A DNA stretch of 64,000 bases from Moniliella sp. 'wahieum' (lineage: Eukaryota): the NCBI GenBank assembly GCA_003971905.1, contig RSEE01000048.1, positions 1 through 64,000 on the forward strand, written 5' to 3'. Position 1 is the first letter of the stretch; each line of letters begins with the position of its first letter. The translations under genes were made by a program, and so were the position numbers. Positions 61,043 through 64,000 of this stretch are shown here, piece after piece. The notes beneath the pieces were generated by a model. That model saw only the letters and a program-made list of their open reading frames with translations, was not told where the DNA came from and made no database searches.

Positions 61043-62418
61043 ATGGGACAGGCCAACGGTCGCGAAGCTGCTACCGCTGCCCCCAACAAGCGCCGCAGCC
61101 GCCATTTCAACAGCCGCTATACCACATTCACCCTCCTCTCCCGCTTCTAACTCTAGGCCAGACCGACTGCATCTCCCCTTCGCCCCTTCCTACCTCTCTT
61201 CTCGACGTAATAGCCGACACACACTCAAATGTGCGCCCAGCTGGCCTGCCACATTCGACTCGGGTCTTCTTGTTCCGACGGGTGTATACGCGCATAGCCC
61301 TCAAGACTATGGTCACGACATTGTCAAGACCCTCATCTGTTCTCGCCGCCTTGCACCATTTTACCACGGTGTCGACGAGGCTGAGGATCTGGCTGGATGC
61401 TTTGCCGGACGGGTAGTGCCGACGGAGTGCCCCATCTGCATGCTCGTCTATCCTTCACCACTCAATCGCACGTGCTGCTGTGCCCAGCCTATCTGCACCG
61501 AGTGCTTCGTCCAGTCCCGCCGGCCTGATCCATCCCAGTTCAACCCACCTACCAGCCGGCCCGTGTCATGTGCCTTTTGCATGACATCCAACTTGGGCGT
61601 CATATACAGACCACCCGTGCTTTGCTCGACAATGTCTCTCTTCACGCCCGCCCACCAGCCAATCGCATCAATGAGCCTGTGCGCGACACCGATGCAGACC
61701 AGGTGGAACGAGGACTGGACCCCCCCCGAAGGCGTGACAGTCGACGAGATTCGCCCTATGTGGGAAGCGCAGCTCGAGAGTGCCAAAGCCGATCAAGCCC
61801 GTAAGGCCAGCCAGCGTATCATTATGGGGAACGTTGAGGGCCGCGTGGCTCCCATCGGCGTCACCTCATCTCATGTCAACGCCTCTGTTCCGTCTAGTCT
61901 GGATTTCCCAATAACCCCGGGGAGTCAACCGGATGCCAGATCAAGGGAGCTTTATGGTCGACCACGCTCCCACCTGACTAGGGGACGTTCTTCATTGGCG
62001 CATGAACTAGAGCAGACGATGCTGTTGGAGGCCATTCGGCGTTCTTTGGTTGATCACGACGAGGAGGAACGGTGGAGAGCAAATCGAGAACGTACGAGCC
62101 CCACTGCGACGGAAGATACTGCGCGGGACGAAGGTTTCTCTGTGGAGCAGGTCTCTTTCCCACCCCCTAGCCCTCCTGAGCTCTGGCGAGAATGTGAGCG
62201 AGTCGGTTCAGCCTCGCCTGCTCCAAAGTTATCTGGTACCGATGGCTATTTGCACAACCCACCTCATTCCCTTACCGTTCCTACAAGACCCTTCAATGAA
62301 GATTATTGATACCTCTCTTCATGAGGCGGTGGAGGCACTTTCTCGCATTCCACCGACTTTTACCATGCCAGAGGGGGTATCTTCCGTCGAGCTCTCTTGG
62401 GTATTATCGGTGTTGTAA
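61043..62418 (+). CDS. SIP5: Sip5-like RING-type zinc-finger protein (Snf1/Reg1-interacting family)
   Basis: GLLVPTGVY...QDYGHDIVKTLICSRRLAPFYHG, ECPICMLVYPSPLNRTCCCAQPICTECFVQSRRPDP, CAFC...NLGVIY, VTVDEIRPMW, LEQTMLLEAIRRSL; probable MG start at 61043 with early frameshift; stop at 62309 or 62418. Confidence 0.85.
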
Positions 62419-62775
62419 CGCCATCTTGCCTTTGCCTCTTCTCCAAGTCCCGCAAGTCTTCAACTGCCGCCTGTATCGAAGGTATAAAATACGGTGGAAC
62501 ACACATGTTTACAGGCCCAACAGATGGGCAATAGGCCAAAGGGCAAGGGTGGTATTGATTTGTTCCATCACGTCCTGCACCCTGTATTTCTAACATTTGA
62601 GGTGTGGGCGCCTATTAGGACGGGGTGGGGAGGGGGTCTTCCTCGCCGCCCAAGGCTTTCACACTGCAGTCGCCGGGGGTATTTCCCGTTCTTGGGACAC
62701 AGCTAAAGAGAAGTGTCCCAGTCGGAGGTCCATGCTCTTCCACTCATCGTTGTCAACTGAAGAGGCACGACGAAA

Positions 62776-62842
62776 TCTCATCTCATCTCATCTCATCTCA
62801 TCTCATCTCATCTCATCTCATCTCATCTCATCTCATCTCATC
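62776..62842. repeat. (TCTCA)n pentamer microsatellite
   Basis: About 13 perfect units. Confidence 0.95.
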
Positions 62843-64000
62843 CCCCCTGGCGAGGCCCACCCCGTGACACAAACAGTATATCATAGACAAGGGGGAAAGC
62901 ATGATGGACATCATGATCACGGAGATGCGGGGTAGTGGAGCTTGGAAACTTTATTATATAGGCGTGTAAGCTTGAACCTTGAAGTCTGAAGATAAGCTGG
63001 GAAAGGTCGCGGGTCACTTCTCACAACGAAGAGATGATCACTCATGATCGACAAGAATATAGCGCGCAAGCTCTATCGTATATCATCTCACTAACCAGCA
63101 CTACTAAGTACTAAAGGTCTATCCTTTCCGAGAAGAAGGTGGAAATGGCTCCGTCACGTCTTATCACAGACAGTGCTTCCCTCATGGTGTACGGATTGCT
63201 CGTATATACAAATGGGCCTCCGGGGCTCCGCACGTTTGCTGAGTGCGATAGAGACATATGGGACGTGTGAGGAGCTAGATTACATTTGCTTGGCAGAACG
63301 TCATGCAGTTCGCCTCAACATGATAGCTCCCTCAGGCCTCATGAATGAGCCGCGTGGGCTTTATGCGTGCGGGCCTGGGTGCTGACCAGCGATGAGCCTA
63401 AGCGCTGCGACGCAACGAAGACGATGCTGCAAGTATCCATGCATGAAGTGTATTCCCGTCAGAGACGAGGTATCTGCGTTTTCAGCCCGTGGCGGTCGCT
63501 ACTACCGCCTGCAGCTCGATGCGAAAACTGATTTTTGGCCGTTCCCTACTATACACCTGCCATGTTTTTTTCCACAATTCTCCGTGTCTACACTTCAAAT
63601 CGCCACAGCCGGTTAGCCCAGCCTCCGAGACGGGATATCGCGTTCACACCCCGTGGCTGTTCCTATGAACGCCTACAGCCCGTTCCGAACGCTGTGATTT
63701 GGCGGTCCCCTATAGAAACAGGGTGCGGCACTTGTCCTCTTTTTTTGGGAACTGCGTTTTTGCACTCCCGCCGCAGATGAGTTTGGCTTAAGTTGTTGGA
63801 CTCAGCTGAGACGCTGCGGGGGATCGCCTCTCCCATATTTCTGGACGGGAACGTACACGTCAGCTGCTCAAAGTGCTTCCGGAAGGATATGAACTACATC
63901 TTTACCCTTTCGACCGTCCTCGGCGAAATAATTCTTCGACTATTTCTCTCTGCACCCCTGCAGACTGAGGCTGGCGGGGTTTTGGTAGAACAGCATATAT

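Noticed and set aside
62900..64000. Short ORFs at the window end
   Set aside because: No recognisable motifs; cannot distinguish a decayed gene from intergenic DNA

Overview
Eukaryotic, GC-rich, intron-poor fungal DNA, most consistent with a basidiomycete of the Ustilaginomycotina (inferred from short GTRNGT...CTRAC...YAG introns, intron-containing tRNAs and an almost intronless FKS1). Nearly every gene is broken by single-base indels, including conserved housekeeping genes, so the assembly is probably unpolished long-read sequence and gene ends are approximate. The first ~45 kb is a housekeeping block: Pcl-type cyclin, VanZ-like membrane protein, divergent PAH-domain protein, LIM-C1-RhoGAP, RAD23, DUF6533-like membrane protein, tRNA-Asp, FKS1, RPS26, ABZ1, an orphan Cys/His protein, tRNA-Glu, SYO1 and a large disordered protein. 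The last ~19 kb is gene-sparse: orphan ORFs, a Crz1-like C2H2 factor, a decayed CRE-like non-LTR retrotransposon, a diverged ~175 bp duplication and a SIP5-like gene. Most notable observations: (1) an intergenic grammar of period-7 TGA/TCA repeats with interchangeable palindromic cores; (2) an RPS26 start codon split by an intron (A|TG) next to an inverted telobox pair; (3) a small Sin3-like PAH-only protein; (4) the CRE-like relic. All homology calls come from recalled motifs, not database searches.
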